Below are positions 33,303 to 42,728 of a stretch of 64,000 bases of DNA, piece by piece. Position 1 is the stretch's first letter, and every line of letters begins with the position of its first letter. The position numbers were made by a program, and so were the translations under genes. A model generated the notes under the pieces. It was not told where the DNA came from and searched no databases. It saw only the letters and a list, made by a program, of their open reading frames with translations. The stretch is from Candidatus Sungiibacteriota bacterium. Its GTDB lineage: Bacteria > Patescibacteriota > Minisyncoccia > Sungbacterales > SURF-37. The stretch spans positions 68,214-132,213 of the forward strand of contig JACQMJ010000004.1 in the NCBI GenBank assembly GCA_016203665.1, written 5' to 3'.

Positions 33303-34256
33303 TTATCTCAGCACCGGTTTTCCTATCCGGTAGAGTTCAGGATCAATCGTCCGCGTAAAGCAGGTGCTGCCTTCGCCGTGCGCCCAGGATTCGGGCGTGC
33401 GGCCGTCGGTAACTGGCGCATACAAAACCATGGCTTTCTCCTGCGCGCGGCTCTCGGCATTGAATACGGCACAGAGTTCAAACTGCAAAGACGAGAGCGG
33501 ACGGTACTCGTAGGCAACGCCTGTTTCCGGGTCGCGCGGCGGGATGAAGCCGGATATGTCATCCCGGAGCTCTGCAATGGATTGCGGCAGGCGGTCTTTT
33601 TTCTGCCAGTAATTAATGAGCTGCCATTGGATGGCCTGAAGGTCCGAAACCCGCCGATCATCAAATCTCCGCATGCGCTCGGCGAATGGAGAGCCGGCCA
33701 GTATAAATCCGCCGATGGCAGCGGCGGCGACAACGCCAATAACGCCAAAGACAAAAACCCGCATGCGGGGGTCGGCCGTGGCCATGGTCTCGCGCCGCAG
33801 ATACCAGAGATAGTAGGCAAAGATGACCGTGGCGATGAAAAAGACCGCCGCGATCTTCAGAATGAAACGCGTGGTGAGATCCCCGTTCAGAAAGTTATAT
33901 ACCAGCACCACGAGGTCGCCGATGATGACGGCGGCGGCGGCAAAAACAGTGAAATAATAAAGCCATCTCCGCGAACGGAGATGGCGCAGCGCGGGCTCGC
34001 GAACGACCGCCCGGGCATTGGCCCAGGAGACCCAGACGTAGACCGGGAATACGATGACCAGCGCCGAGAGCGCCCAGCGCAGCGGCCCGGCGTTCAGACC
34101 CGCCGGAAAAGCAAGGGGATCGGGAAACCAGCGCTCAATGAACGAAAAAACGACCATGCCGAAACTCACCGCCGAGAAATAAAGCGTTATCATGGCGAGG
34201 AGATGCCGGAACACATCTCCCGGCGTGGCTTTGATAACCCGCTCTGGGGTGTCCAT
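33303..34256 (-). CDS. DUF5671-like membrane protein
   Basis: The N-terminal TM bundle starts GDVFRHLLAMITLYFSAVSFGMVVF, followed by a C-terminal soluble region. Confidence 0.7.
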   Translation of the reverse strand: MDTPERVIKATPGDVFRHLLAMITLYFSAVSFGMVVFSFIERWFPDPLAFPAGLNAGPLRWALSALVIVFPVYVWVSWANARAVVREPALRHLRSRRWLYYFTVFAAAAVIIGDLVVLVYNFLNGDLTTRFILKIAAVFFIATVIFAYYLWYLRRETMATADPRMRVFVFGVIGVVAAAAIGGFILAGSPFAERMRRFDDRRVSDLQAIQWQLINYWQKKDRLPQSIAELRDDISGFIPPRDPETGVAYEYRPLSSLQFELCAVFNAESRAQEKAMVLYAPVTDGRTPESWAHGEGSTCFTRTIDPELYRIGKPVLR

Positions 34257-34260
34257 AAAA

Positions 34261-35073
34261 TTATTTCAGCTCGTACGTAATATTGACGCTCACCACGACC
34301 TCGTTTTCCCCGGGCTGGACCGAAGGCCCGCCGCCTCCGCCTTTACCAAAAGCTTCTTGGCCGTAGATGATCGGCGGCGGCACGCCGCCTCCCTCGCTGA
34401 AAGCAATAATCCTCCCGAGGCGCTTATTCAAATCGCGCGCGAGTTCTTCGGCTTTGAGGCGGGCATCGGCAATGGCCTTGCGCCGCGCCTCGACTTTAAG
34501 CTCATCGGGCTGGTCTATGACAAAGGCTATGCCGCCGACTTCATTCACTCCGGCTGCAACAATGCCGGCCAGGATGGCGTTGGCCTTACCGAGATCCCTT
34601 ACGGTGATTTCATAAGTGTTCCGAATCTGATAGCCGATGATACGGGGGCGCTGGCTATCAAGGGGGCAAATTCCTCCCTGGCACGGCCCGGGGTAATAGT
34701 ACTGCGGAAAGATGTTATAGCCGACAGTTTTTACATCTTTCTCTGCCACCCCCTGCTGCTCCAAGTAGGCCGTAACGGCATTGGACTTCTTGGCGTTCTC
34801 ATCCTGGGCGCGGCTAAGCGTATCTGATTCAGAGAGCACCGTTGCGGTAATCTTTGCGACATCCGGCCGGCCGGTAACTTTACCCTCCCCGGCCACGCTT
34901 ACTTGAAGCTGCTTGTCAGCGCCGAATAGTCCCTTCCCCTCGCGCCAAGCGGCGAAACCATAGGACGCTGCGAGTACCAATAGAAATGCATTCAGGAGCA
35001 GCAGGAACAAGAGCGCGAGGCTTCGGGCGGCGCGTTTCTCTCTTGGAGCGAGATCGCTATAGAAAGCAAGCAT
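34261..35073 (-). CDS. SIMPL (DUF541) domain protein with an N-terminal anchor
   Basis: Start placed at the ATG at 35073 (MLAFYSDLAPREKRAARSLALLFLLLL). VSVAGEGKVTGRPDVA...VSVNITYEL matches the SIMPL pattern. Confidence 0.8.
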   Translation of the reverse strand: MLAFYSDLAPREKRAARSLALLFLLLLNAFLLVLAASYGFAAWREGKGLFGADKQLQVSVAGEGKVTGRPDVAKITATVLSESDTLSRAQDENAKKSNAVTAYLEQQGVAEKDVKTVGYNIFPQYYYPGPCQGGICPLDSQRPRIIGYQIRNTYEITVRDLGKANAILAGIVAAGVNEVGGIAFVIDQPDELKVEARRKAIADARLKAEELARDLNKRLGRIIAFSEGGGVPPPIIYGQEAFGKGGGGGPSVQPGENEVVVSVNITYELK

Positions 35074-35074
35074 A

Positions 35075-35230
35075 TTACTTTTCGCTCCCAGTATACTGCC
35101 GCCGAATCCCGGCGACAAGTTCGCTTATTTTCCGCTCCGATTCCTGGGCAGACAAAAATTGCCGACGAATCTCGGCTTTCTTCCTGCGCAGAAATTTCCG
35201 CAGTGAGCGCGGAATCCGTTTCCTTGGCAC
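35075..35230 (-). CDS. small basic protein (hypothetical, GTG start)
   Basis: 51 codons: (M)PRKRIPRSLRKFLRRKKAEIRRQFLSAQESERKISELVAGIRRQYTGSEK. It fills the gap between the PHP gene stop and the SIMPL start, and its stop is 1 nt from the SIMPL ATG. It is below the track's size cutoff except as an extension overlapping the PHP gene. Confidence 0.35.
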   Translation of the reverse strand: MPRKRIPRSLRKFLRRKKAEIRRQFLSAQESERKISELVAGIRRQYTGSEK

Positions 35231-35249
35231 CAGCCAAGGGTACCCGAAA

Positions 35250-36179
35250 CTAAGAGCTCTGTCGAGCTCTGCGCTCGGCGATGCGGGCATCCAGTGCGGC
35301 AATCATTGCGTCGGCATCCAGCGTTCGGCCGAAGGTGGGGAATTCGCCGATGGCGGCGGCGGAGCGCGGCCAGCCGGCGCCGGCCGGATCGTAAGCCTCG
35401 TGGAAATCCGAACCGGCGGTGATGATGAGGCGGTAGCGTCGGGCGAGCGCTTCCAGGCAGGCCATATCGGCCTCGGTCAGGAACGGGCCGAAAAGCTCAA
35501 TGCCATCAAGGTTATGAGTAATCAATTCTTTCAGGAACGCTTCAAGCCCGCCGCAGTCGCCGACGAAATCCGGAATGGGCGGATGCGACCAGACCGCAAC
35601 GCCCCCGGCACCCTGCACGAGCTGGATGGCTTCGGCCGGGGAGAACGTACTCGCGCGGACATAGTAGGGGCCGGTATCCTGGAAAAACTTTTGAAAAAAA
35701 TCGTGTTTCGTTGCAATGCCCTCCAGCCGCGCCTTGTTCTCGGGGCGCTTCATGATGGCCGAGACGATGAGCGGACGGGTAACAACCGCGGCGCCGGCTC
35801 CTTCGCGAAGCACGTCCTCCCACTCCACCGTCCATCCATCCTTCTGGAATTTTTTGACCATCTCTCTGGCGGCGGCCAGGCGGTTGCCTGCGGCGCGCTC
35901 AAGTGCGGCGCCGAGCGCGGGATCATCCGGGTCAATGCCCAGACCGAGGAGATGCATGCCGTGCTCCTGGATGGAAATTTCAATGCCGGGGATTACGCGC
36001 ACGCCAAGCTCATTACCGGCGGCCGCGGCCTCGACAATGCCAGCCACGGTATCGTGGTCAGTAATCGCCAGAACGAAAACACCGTTGGCCTTGGCCATGC
36101 GAACACATTCGGCCGGCGTGTGCCTGCCGTCCGAAGCGGTTGTCTGTATCTGGAAATCTATAGGATAGATATCACGCAT
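35250..36179 (-). CDS. PHP domain phosphoesterase (TrpH/YciV-like)
   Basis: Start moved to the ATG at 36179 (MRDIYPIDFQIQTTASDGRHTP...ITDHDTVAG). PHP His/Asp motifs occur throughout. Confidence 0.85.
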   Translation of the reverse strand: MRDIYPIDFQIQTTASDGRHTPAECVRMAKANGVFVLAITDHDTVAGIVEAAAAGNELGVRVIPGIEISIQEHGMHLLGLGIDPDDPALGAALERAAGNRLAAAREMVKKFQKDGWTVEWEDVLREGAGAAVVTRPLIVSAIMKRPENKARLEGIATKHDFFQKFFQDTGPYYVRASTFSPAEAIQLVQGAGGVAVWSHPPIPDFVGDCGGLEAFLKELITHNLDGIELFGPFLTEADMACLEALARRYRLIITAGSDFHEAYDPAGAGWPRSAAAIGEFPTFGRTLDADAMIAALDARIAERRARQSS

Positions 36180-37434
36180 GGCGAAGTGCTGAAAGCTCTT
36201 CCCGCACCACCTTCCGATCATCCCATGGAATTTTCTTGCCGCCGATAACAAGCCAGGGCTGAGCGCCCATACCGGTAATGATAACCGTATCTCCCGGCCG
36301 CGCCGAGGCGAGCGCCGCGCGGATAGCTAGACGCCGATCGGGGATGAATTCCGTTGCGGCTAGTTTTGCGGCCGCTAAGCCCGAACGTATGGCATCGGCA
36401 ATGCGGGCCGGGTCCTCCTCATCAGGATCATCGCTCGTCAGGAATATCGCTCGGCAAAACTCGGCGGCGATCTTCCCGAGTTCCGGCCGCTTCCAGGTAT
36501 CGCGCCCGCCGCCCGGCGCTCCGAAGACGCAAATGAGGTCTCGCCCCAATGCGCGATAAAGCGCGCGGTAGGCCGCTGGGGTATTCGCGTAGTCCACGAC
36601 CACCGCAAAGGGCTCCTCCTGAACGTACTCCAGCCGGCCGGCAATGGCGCACGCTCGGACAAGCGCCGATGCGATCGCCGAGAGCGAGACGCCGAGCGCT
36701 AGCGCGGCGGCGGCGGCGGCGAGGACGTTCATGACGTTGAATTCCCCGCCGAGGCCGGCCTCAATAAGCCGGCCGTCAATTTCCAGGACCAGGCGGTGGG
36801 GAGAGACAGTGTGCATCCGCACCGGATGACCAACGTGCCCTACTTCGATCTCGGAGCGGCTGTACCACGAAATTTCAGCGGGCGCGGCCGCGGCAAAGTA
36901 CTCCGCCGAGGGATCCTCGCGGTTAAGCACAGCCGTTCCGTCCGGCGCCAAGCGGCGGAAGAGTTCGGCCTTGGCGGCGCGGTAGCGCTCAAACCCGCCA
37001 TGGGCTTCGATGTGCTCGGGCGTGACGTTCGTCAGAATGGCCGCGCCAAAGCGGATAAAGCGGTGACGCGACTGGGCGATACCCTGCGAGGTTACCTCAA
37101 TGACGGCGTAGCGGCATCCGGCCGCGCGACACTCGGCCAGGAAGCGCTGCAGCCTGAAGCGGCCGGGCATAGTCATCTTTAAGAGGTTCGGCTCCTCTTT
37201 TTCGCCGATCTTGAAGCGGAGCGAGGAGAGCGAACCGACTGCAGCGCCTGATGCGGCGAGCATGTCATGGAGGAGGTGGACGACGGTCGTCTTGCCGTCC
37301 GTGCCCGTGACGCCGATGACGAGCATACGGCGGGAGGGAAAGCCGTAGACGAAAGCGGCCAGGAGCGCCAGTGTAAAATGGTAGCGCTCAAGGAGCGTCC
37401 GCGGCAAAAGGCGCTTTAAGGCTGCCGGGATCAT
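36172..37434 (-). CDS. Mur ligase family protein (MurE-like)
   Basis: Start moved to the ATG at 37434 (MIPAALKRLLP...). P-loop is VIGVTGTDGKTT. Central and C-terminal Mur ligase domains are present; substrate specificity cannot be determined. Confidence 0.8.
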   Translation of the reverse strand: MIPAALKRLLPRTLLERYHFTLALLAAFVYGFPSRRMLVIGVTGTDGKTTVVHLLHDMLAASGAAVGSLSSLRFKIGEKEEPNLLKMTMPGRFRLQRFLAECRAAGCRYAVIEVTSQGIAQSRHRFIRFGAAILTNVTPEHIEAHGGFERYRAAKAELFRRLAPDGTAVLNREDPSAEYFAAAAPAEISWYSRSEIEVGHVGHPVRMHTVSPHRLVLEIDGRLIEAGLGGEFNVMNVLAAAAAALALGVSLSAIASALVRACAIAGRLEYVQEEPFAVVVDYANTPAAYRALYRALGRDLICVFGAPGGGRDTWKRPELGKIAAEFCRAIFLTSDDPDEEDPARIADAIRSGLAAAKLAATEFIPDRRLAIRAALASARPGDTVIITGMGAQPWLVIGGKKIPWDDRKVVREELSALRHA

Positions 37435-37435
37435 A

Positions 37436-37831
37436 TCAGGGCCGATGGATGCGCGAGCCGAGAAAAATAATGAATGAAGCCAGGCTGTTTGAGATGATAA
37501 GGTGGTAGACCGGGTCAAAGCGATAGGTCGCTGTGAATGCCACAGCCAGCGTGGTCACGGCCAAGAGGATGAGCCAGGCCGCGACGAAGTGTTCGCCGCG
37601 GTGAAGCGGCGGCACGCCGCGGCGCTTGCGGAGCTCCTTCAGGACCACGTAAGTTGCAAGCGCTCCGAGGTAGGGTTCCGAGAGCGCATCGAGGAGGCGC
37701 TCCGCCTCCGGGTAGGCGGCGTGCAGGTGTGCGAAGAACTCCACCGCAGCCGCGATGAGATAGAGACTCGTGAAGTAGCCGAGCCAGCGGTAAATGTGAT
37801 CTACAGTATTGGCGCCAAATCGCGCGCTCAT
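37436..37831 (-). CDS. hypothetical 4-TM membrane protein
   Basis: The start at 37831 (MSARFGANTV...) has an ATGA overlap with the FemAB-like stop. Confidence 0.6.
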   Translation of the reverse strand: MSARFGANTVDHIYRWLGYFTSLYLIAAAVEFFAHLHAAYPEAERLLDALSEPYLGALATYVVLKELRKRRGVPPLHRGEHFVAAWLILLAVTTLAVAFTATYRFDPVYHLIISNSLASFIIFLGSRIHRP

Positions 37832-38721
37832 GGTGAGAGCCGCCGCAGCCGGCGCGCCAGGCGATAGAGCAGATAGGACGGCCGGCGAAAGACGTAATCG
37901 GCTGATGGCGGGAAGTGATGAGCCCGACCGCCGAAGCTGGCCTTGAAACGGGTCACCCCGGGCCAAAGCTTATCATCAATGCCGCCCAAGTCGTACCGGC
38001 CGAGGCCGCCGGCGGCGCGGACGTGCTGTATAATCCGCCACTGGAGGAGATGCGGGGCCATGAGGCTGCGGTGCGGGCGGCTGGATGCGCCGTGAAGGTA
38101 TGTTGCGGTTCCGGAAGGAAGGTAGCAGTTCACGATGGCTGCGCCAATCGGCTGGCCGCCAAACTCGGCCAGGAAAAGCACATTTGAGAACTGGCCGCTC
38201 CGGAGGTCGAGGAGAATGCGGTAATGGGCGGGGGGATGCGGGGCGAAGCCGTCGCGGCGGGCGGTATCGCGGAGAAGCTGTAAGAATGCCGCGAGCGTCC
38301 CTTCGTCCACCGGGGCAGACACGGAGCGTACCGTAATGCCGTGACGCTCCGCCAGCCGGATATTATAGCGGGTCTTGGGGTGCATAGCGGCGAGAAGCGC
38401 TTCGTCCAGCAAGCCGCAATCAATATATATAGTAGCCGCCGGCTGCAAGGAGCGGCCGGGACGGTATGGAAACCCGGACGGCAGGGGTAGTGCTGGATCA
38501 ATCTTGAGCAAGAGCGCGCCGGAGCTGCGGCTATGGGCGAGGAGTTCGCCGAGCGTTCCGGCATCGAGCGCCGGCCGCGGCGCGTACCAGTAATGGTAAC
38601 CCAACGGCAGGTCATGGCGGATCATGAGCGCCCCCTTGAGGCGCGCGGTGGAACGGCCCATGCGCTCCTGGACCTCCTGCCATTCTGCGGACTGGAGGAA
38701 CGACGGAGCACTAGCCGGCAT
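37828..38721 (-). CDS. FemAB-family peptidyltransferase-like protein (peptidoglycan interpeptide bridge formation)
   Basis: SFLQSAEWQEVQERMGR N-terminus and GNAT-like C-terminal half (YLHGASS). Confidence 0.75.
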   Translation of the reverse strand: MPASAPSFLQSAEWQEVQERMGRSTARLKGALMIRHDLPLGYHYWYAPRPALDAGTLGELLAHSRSSGALLLKIDPALPLPSGFPYRPGRSLQPAATIYIDCGLLDEALLAAMHPKTRYNIRLAERHGITVRSVSAPVDEGTLAAFLQLLRDTARRDGFAPHPPAHYRILLDLRSGQFSNVLFLAEFGGQPIGAAIVNCYLPSGTATYLHGASSRPHRSLMAPHLLQWRIIQHVRAAGGLGRYDLGGIDDKLWPGVTRFKASFGGRAHHFPPSADYVFRRPSYLLYRLARRLRRLSP

Positions 38722-39304
38722 TGACTTGGCCGAGGCGCTTCAGGGCTTCCCGGACGCGGGCTGACGCACCGCGCACGTCCGGCGGCACCGCCGAGAGCGC
38801 ATCGCGCGCCTCGCGCTGGCTGTAGCCGAGAGTCACGAGAGCATCAAGGGCATCCGACTCGTCTTTTAATTCCGGCGTTCCGACGACCGAGGCGCTCGCA
38901 CCCGCCAGCTTTTCACGAAGTTCCAAGATAATCTTTTCTGCGGTCTTGCGTCCGATGCCGGATACTTTGGTGAGATACGAAGTGTCGCCGGCGGCAATGG
39001 CTTTCTTCAAAGTATCCAGCGATGCCACGGCCATTATGCCAAGCCCGGACTTCGGGCCAATGCCCGGAATCTGAATGAGGAGCTCAAAAAAATCAAGCTC
39101 GGCGGGATAGAGGAAGCCGTAGAGCTCAACCGTATCTTCGCGCTGGTAAAGATGTGTCCAAAGCTTGATTTTCTGCGATTTTTTTGGTATTTTCCGGAGT
39201 GTTTCCGCGCTCGCAAAGATGCGGTACGAAATGCCGCCGCCCGCGGCGATAACGGCATAGCGTTGCCCTTTCAGCTCAACAATCCCTTCAACCGCATTGA
39301 TCAT
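38711..39304 (-). CDS. ruvA: Holliday junction branch migration protein RuvA
   Basis: MINAVEGIVELKGQRYAVIAAGG...IPGIGPKSGLGI...VSGIGRKTAEKII (two HhH motifs). Confidence 0.93.
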   Translation of the reverse strand: MINAVEGIVELKGQRYAVIAAGGGISYRIFASAETLRKIPKKSQKIKLWTHLYQREDTVELYGFLYPAELDFFELLIQIPGIGPKSGLGIMAVASLDTLKKAIAAGDTSYLTKVSGIGRKTAEKIILELREKLAGASASVVGTPELKDESDALDALVTLGYSQREARDALSAVPPDVRGASARVREALKRLGQVNAG

Positions 39305-39380
39305 CGTAGGCCCATCCTAACCCCGGGGGGTGCGGCCGGAAAGACCTTTTCTCGGGCGAGCCGGCGTCGGCGATCACATC

Positions 39381-41348
39381 ATGCAATTCAACCTTACCAG
39401 CGCCTACAAACCAACCGGAGACCAGCCGCGGGCCATTCGGGAACTCGCGGCTGGTTTTCACGCCGGTGCGGCCTCGCAGACGCTCCTTGGCGTGACGGGT
39501 TCGGGTAAAACTTTCACCATGGCCAATGTCATCGCCGGGCTCGGCCGGCCCGCGCTCGTCATCTCGCATAATAAAGTCCTTGCCGCCCAGCTCTACCAGG
39601 AATTTAAAGAATTTTTCCCGGCGGGTGCGGTCCACTACTTCGTCTCCTACTACGACTACTACCAGCCCGAGGCCTACCTGCCGTCCAGCGACACCTATAT
39701 TGAAAAGGACGCGAAAATCAACAACCTCATTGATTCGCTCCGCCATGCCGCAACCGCCTCGCTCCTCACCCGCGACGATGTCATCATCGTGGCCTCGGTC
39801 TCCTGCATCTACGGCATCGGCGACCCCGAGGAGTATGAAAAGGCGGCGGCCGAGTTGAAGGTTGGGGAGCCGATATCGCTCCGAAACCTGGCGCGGCGGC
39901 TCGTCGCCCTGCAGTACGCGCGGAACAGCATAGATCCCCGCCAGGGGAATTTCCGCATGCGCGGCGACACGGTCGAGGTGTTCCTGCCCTCGGGCGAGGA
40001 GAAGCTCGTCCTCACCATTGAGCGGGGAAAAATCGCGTCCCTGGCCCTCCAGAAAATCAGCCTTGGCCCTGCTCCCTATCCCCCAACTTCCATCCCCTTG
40101 TATAAGCTCTTCCCGGCCAAACACTTTGTCACGCCCCGGGCCAAGCTCAAACTCGCCATTGCCAACATCCGGCAGGAGCTCAAAGAACAGCGCGAAAAGT
40201 TCAAACATGAAGGCAAATTACTCGAGGCCCAACGCCTGGGCGAGCGCACTAACTTCGATATGGAAATGCTGGAATCCACCGGCTACGTGAGCGGCATTGA
40301 GAACTACTCGCGCCAGCTCTCCTTCCGCCCACCGGGCTCGCCGCCCTTCACTCTCGTTGATTATTTCCGCTACCGCTTCGGCGACAACTTCCTCACCATC
40401 ATTGACGAATCGCACGTTTCCCTGCCGCAGCTCCGCGGCATGTACTATGGAGATCGCAGCCGCAAGGAGACGCTGGTTGAATACGGCTTCCGCCTGCCCT
40501 CGGCCGTGGACAACCGGCCGCTCAAATTTGAGGAGTTCAATGCCAAGGCCGGGCGCATCCTCTTTGTCTCGGCCACGCCGTCACCCTATGAACTCCTGAA
40601 ATCAAAGCCGCACGTCGTGGAACAGCTCATCCGCCCCACCGGCGTGCTTGATCCGAAAATTGATGTGCGGCCGACCTCAAACCAGATCCGGGATGTCATC
40701 GCCGAAGTAAAAAAACGTATTGCCAAGGGCGAGCGTTCGCTGGTCATGGCCCTGACCAAGCGCCTGGCCGAGGATATCGCCGAATACCTCCGGGGTGCCG
40801 GCATCAAATCCGAGTACATCCATTCCGAGGTCAAGACGCTCGACCGGCCGGATATTTTAAAGCGGCTGCGCGAGGGCGAGCATGACGTTCTCGTCGGCAT
40901 CAATCTCCTCCGGGAGGGATTGGATATCCCCGAAGTTTCATTCATCGCCATCCTGGACGCCGACAAAGAAGGCTACCTTCGGAACGAGACGACGCTTCTT
41001 CAAATCATCGGCCGCGCCGCGCGCCACACCGGCGGCACGGTCATCCTCTACGCCGACAGCGTCACCGCATCCATGCGAAAGGCCATGGACGAAACGGCGC
41101 GCCGCCGGAAAATCCAGGAACAGTATAACCGCGAGCACGGCATCACGCCGGAAACCATAAAAAAGGAGATCCGAAAATCCCTTCTTGAAGAACTTTCTCC
41201 AAAGTCAGAGGAAGAAATATTTTTGCCGGCCGGCATACCGCGGGAAATGGTGAGCGCGCTTGAGAAGGAGATGAAACGCGCCGCGAAAGAAATGAATTTT
41301 GAACTTGCGGCAAAAATACGCGACCGGATCAGGAAGCACCGCAAATGA
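39381..41348 (+). CDS. uvrB: excinuclease ABC subunit B
   Basis: ATG at 39381 (MQFNLTSAYKPTGDQPRAIRELAAG...GVTGSGKTFT). The C-terminal UVR motif is FELAAKIRDRI. The track start at 39330 is GTG. Confidence 0.95.
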   Translation: MQFNLTSAYKPTGDQPRAIRELAAGFHAGAASQTLLGVTGSGKTFTMANVIAGLGRPALVISHNKVLAAQLYQEFKEFFPAGAVHYFVSYYDYYQPEAYLPSSDTYIEKDAKINNLIDSLRHAATASLLTRDDVIIVASVSCIYGIGDPEEYEKAAAELKVGEPISLRNLARRLVALQYARNSIDPRQGNFRMRGDTVEVFLPSGEEKLVLTIERGKIASLALQKISLGPAPYPPTSIPLYKLFPAKHFVTPRAKLKLAIANIRQELKEQREKFKHEGKLLEAQRLGERTNFDMEMLESTGYVSGIENYSRQLSFRPPGSPPFTLVDYFRYRFGDNFLTIIDESHVSLPQLRGMYYGDRSRKETLVEYGFRLPSAVDNRPLKFEEFNAKAGRILFVSATPSPYELLKSKPHVVEQLIRPTGVLDPKIDVRPTSNQIRDVIAEVKKRIAKGERSLVMALTKRLAEDIAEYLRGAGIKSEYIHSEVKTLDRPDILKRLREGEHDVLVGINLLREGLDIPEVSFIAILDADKEGYLRNETTLLQIIGRAARHTGGTVILYADSVTASMRKAMDETARRRKIQEQYNREHGITPETIKKEIRKSLLEELSPKSEEEIFLPAGIPREMVSALEKEMKRAAKEMNFELAAKIRDRIRKHRK

Positions 41349-41422
41349 TTGACAATACGAATATAAGACTGTAAATACTGTAAATATGGTAGTTACTCGT
41401 TTAACTCGTAAACAAAATTGAC

Positions 41423-41695
41423 ATGCCCATCACCAAATCCGCAAAAAAGGCGCTTCGCCAGTCAAAACGCCGCGCCGCCCAAAACCTCCGCCGCAAGAAC
41501 GCATATAAGAAGCTTTTGAAACAAATTCAAAACCTTGCCGCCGCAGGAAAGACAAAGGAAGCCGAGGCCATTGCCCCGCAGGCCTATAAAGCCCTGGATA
41601 AGGCGGCAAAAAACGGCGTCCTGAAGCCGAACGCCGCCAGCCGCTATAAATCCCGGCTCATGACTTGGATCCGCAAATCCAAAAGCGCTGCCTAG
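41423..41695 (+). CDS. rpsT: 30S ribosomal protein S20
   Basis: MPITKSAKKALRQSKRRAAQNLRRKNAYKKLLK. Confidence 0.93.
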   Translation: MPITKSAKKALRQSKRRAAQNLRRKNAYKKLLKQIQNLAAAGKTKEAEAIAPQAYKALDKAAKNGVLKPNAASRYKSRLMTWIRKSKSAA

Positions 41696-41714
41696 GCAGC
41701 GCTTTTGGATTTGC
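41673..41714. terminator. 42-nt perfect palindrome shared by the convergent 3' ends of rpsT and holA
   Basis: gcaaatccaaaagcgctgcctaggcagcgcttttggatttgc. The stop codons of both genes lie in its centre. Confidence 0.7.
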
Positions 41715-42609
41715 GTTCCAGTACCAGTTTCACCAACGTCAGAGACGAGGGCAGGCGGCCGATTTTAAGCTCGGTATCCGCCCGGATGAGCTCGCCGAAC
41801 CGCCGGCCGAGAGACGCCGCATCGAGGCTTCTCGTGAGTTCTATGTTCTTACGCACCGCGAAGGGATGCAATCGCCCGGCGAGCGATTCAAGCGTGCCGC
41901 TTTGAACGCCCTTCCATACGAGCGCTGCGGTCCGCAGCGCACCGCCGAGCGAAGCGAGCAAGTAGACGGCATCGAATCCGCCAGCGAGCAGCCGCGCCAG
42001 CGGCGCATACGCGCTCCGGCGGTGCCGGAGGAATGCATCGGTGAAATCCCAGACTTCGGTTGCCGTGCGCTCCATGGTCCGGAGCGACCAACCGTCTCGA
42101 ATCTTCTCGAGCTCGCTTACGAGCGCCCAGAGATCCGAGCCGTGGACTCTAAGGAGCAACCGCTTCTCCTCGGCCGGCAGTTTCAGTCCGCGCCGGGCCG
42201 CCTCCGCCTCAAGCCATCGCATAGCTGCGGCCGGGGCGAGCGGCTTGAACTCCTGCGCCTTTTCCGCGTGCGCCATGAGGACGGCTGCCAGAGGTGATTT
42301 TGCCGGAAGTTCCTCTTCCCAAAATACGAACGTTATGTCCGAATCCTTGGCCCAACGGCCGATCTCGCGCGTGAGGTGGGCGGTGACCTCGGCCGGAGTC
42401 CGCGACGCCCGTTCAAGTACAATGAGCTCTTTTTCGGAGAAGAGCGACGCGGTCCGGCCAACAGCCAAAACCGCCTGCGGGTCCTCGGCGGCGTCAATGC
42501 GGGTCAGCGCCGTAGCGGGCGCTCCGGCCTTCTCTCGGAACGCTTTAATGATCTCACGCATTTTGGCGCGGCTGCGGTATGTATCGGGACCGTGGAGAAA
42601 ATAAATCAC
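41692..42609 (-). CDS. holA: DNA polymerase III delta subunit
   Basis: MIYFLHGPDTYRSRAKMREIIKAF; 305 aa; typical compact HolA. Confidence 0.8.
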   Translation of the reverse strand: MIYFLHGPDTYRSRAKMREIIKAFREKAGAPATALTRIDAAEDPQAVLAVGRTASLFSEKELIVLERASRTPAEVTAHLTREIGRWAKDSDITFVFWEEELPAKSPLAAVLMAHAEKAQEFKPLAPAAAMRWLEAEAARRGLKLPAEEKRLLLRVHGSDLWALVSELEKIRDGWSLRTMERTATEVWDFTDAFLRHRRSAYAPLARLLAGGFDAVYLLASLGGALRTAALVWKGVQSGTLESLAGRLHPFAVRKNIELTRSLDAASLGRRFGELIRADTELKIGRLPSSLTLVKLVLERKSKSAA

Positions 42610-42728
42610 GGAAGTGATGAACTTGGTGAAACGGTCAATCGTTTCGGCTGCGCCGAAACTTGGTGAAGTCGCACAATTTTACCAAACACAGTGATTGAAC
42701 AAGCAAGCGGTTCATTAATTTTACCACT

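Noticed and set aside
34986-36248. A 420-aa plus-strand ORF. Similar long ORFs in the track include 2675..3646, 8397..9380, 33378..34280, 39288..40208, 62974..63777, 31670..32494 and 19132..19926.
   Set aside because: Each lies antisense to a gene with clear family signatures (PHP, SIMPL, GlyRS, IleRS, UvrB and others). Their translations are Arg/Gly/Ala/Pro-rich and low in complexity, as expected for stop-poor antisense frames in GC-rich DNA.
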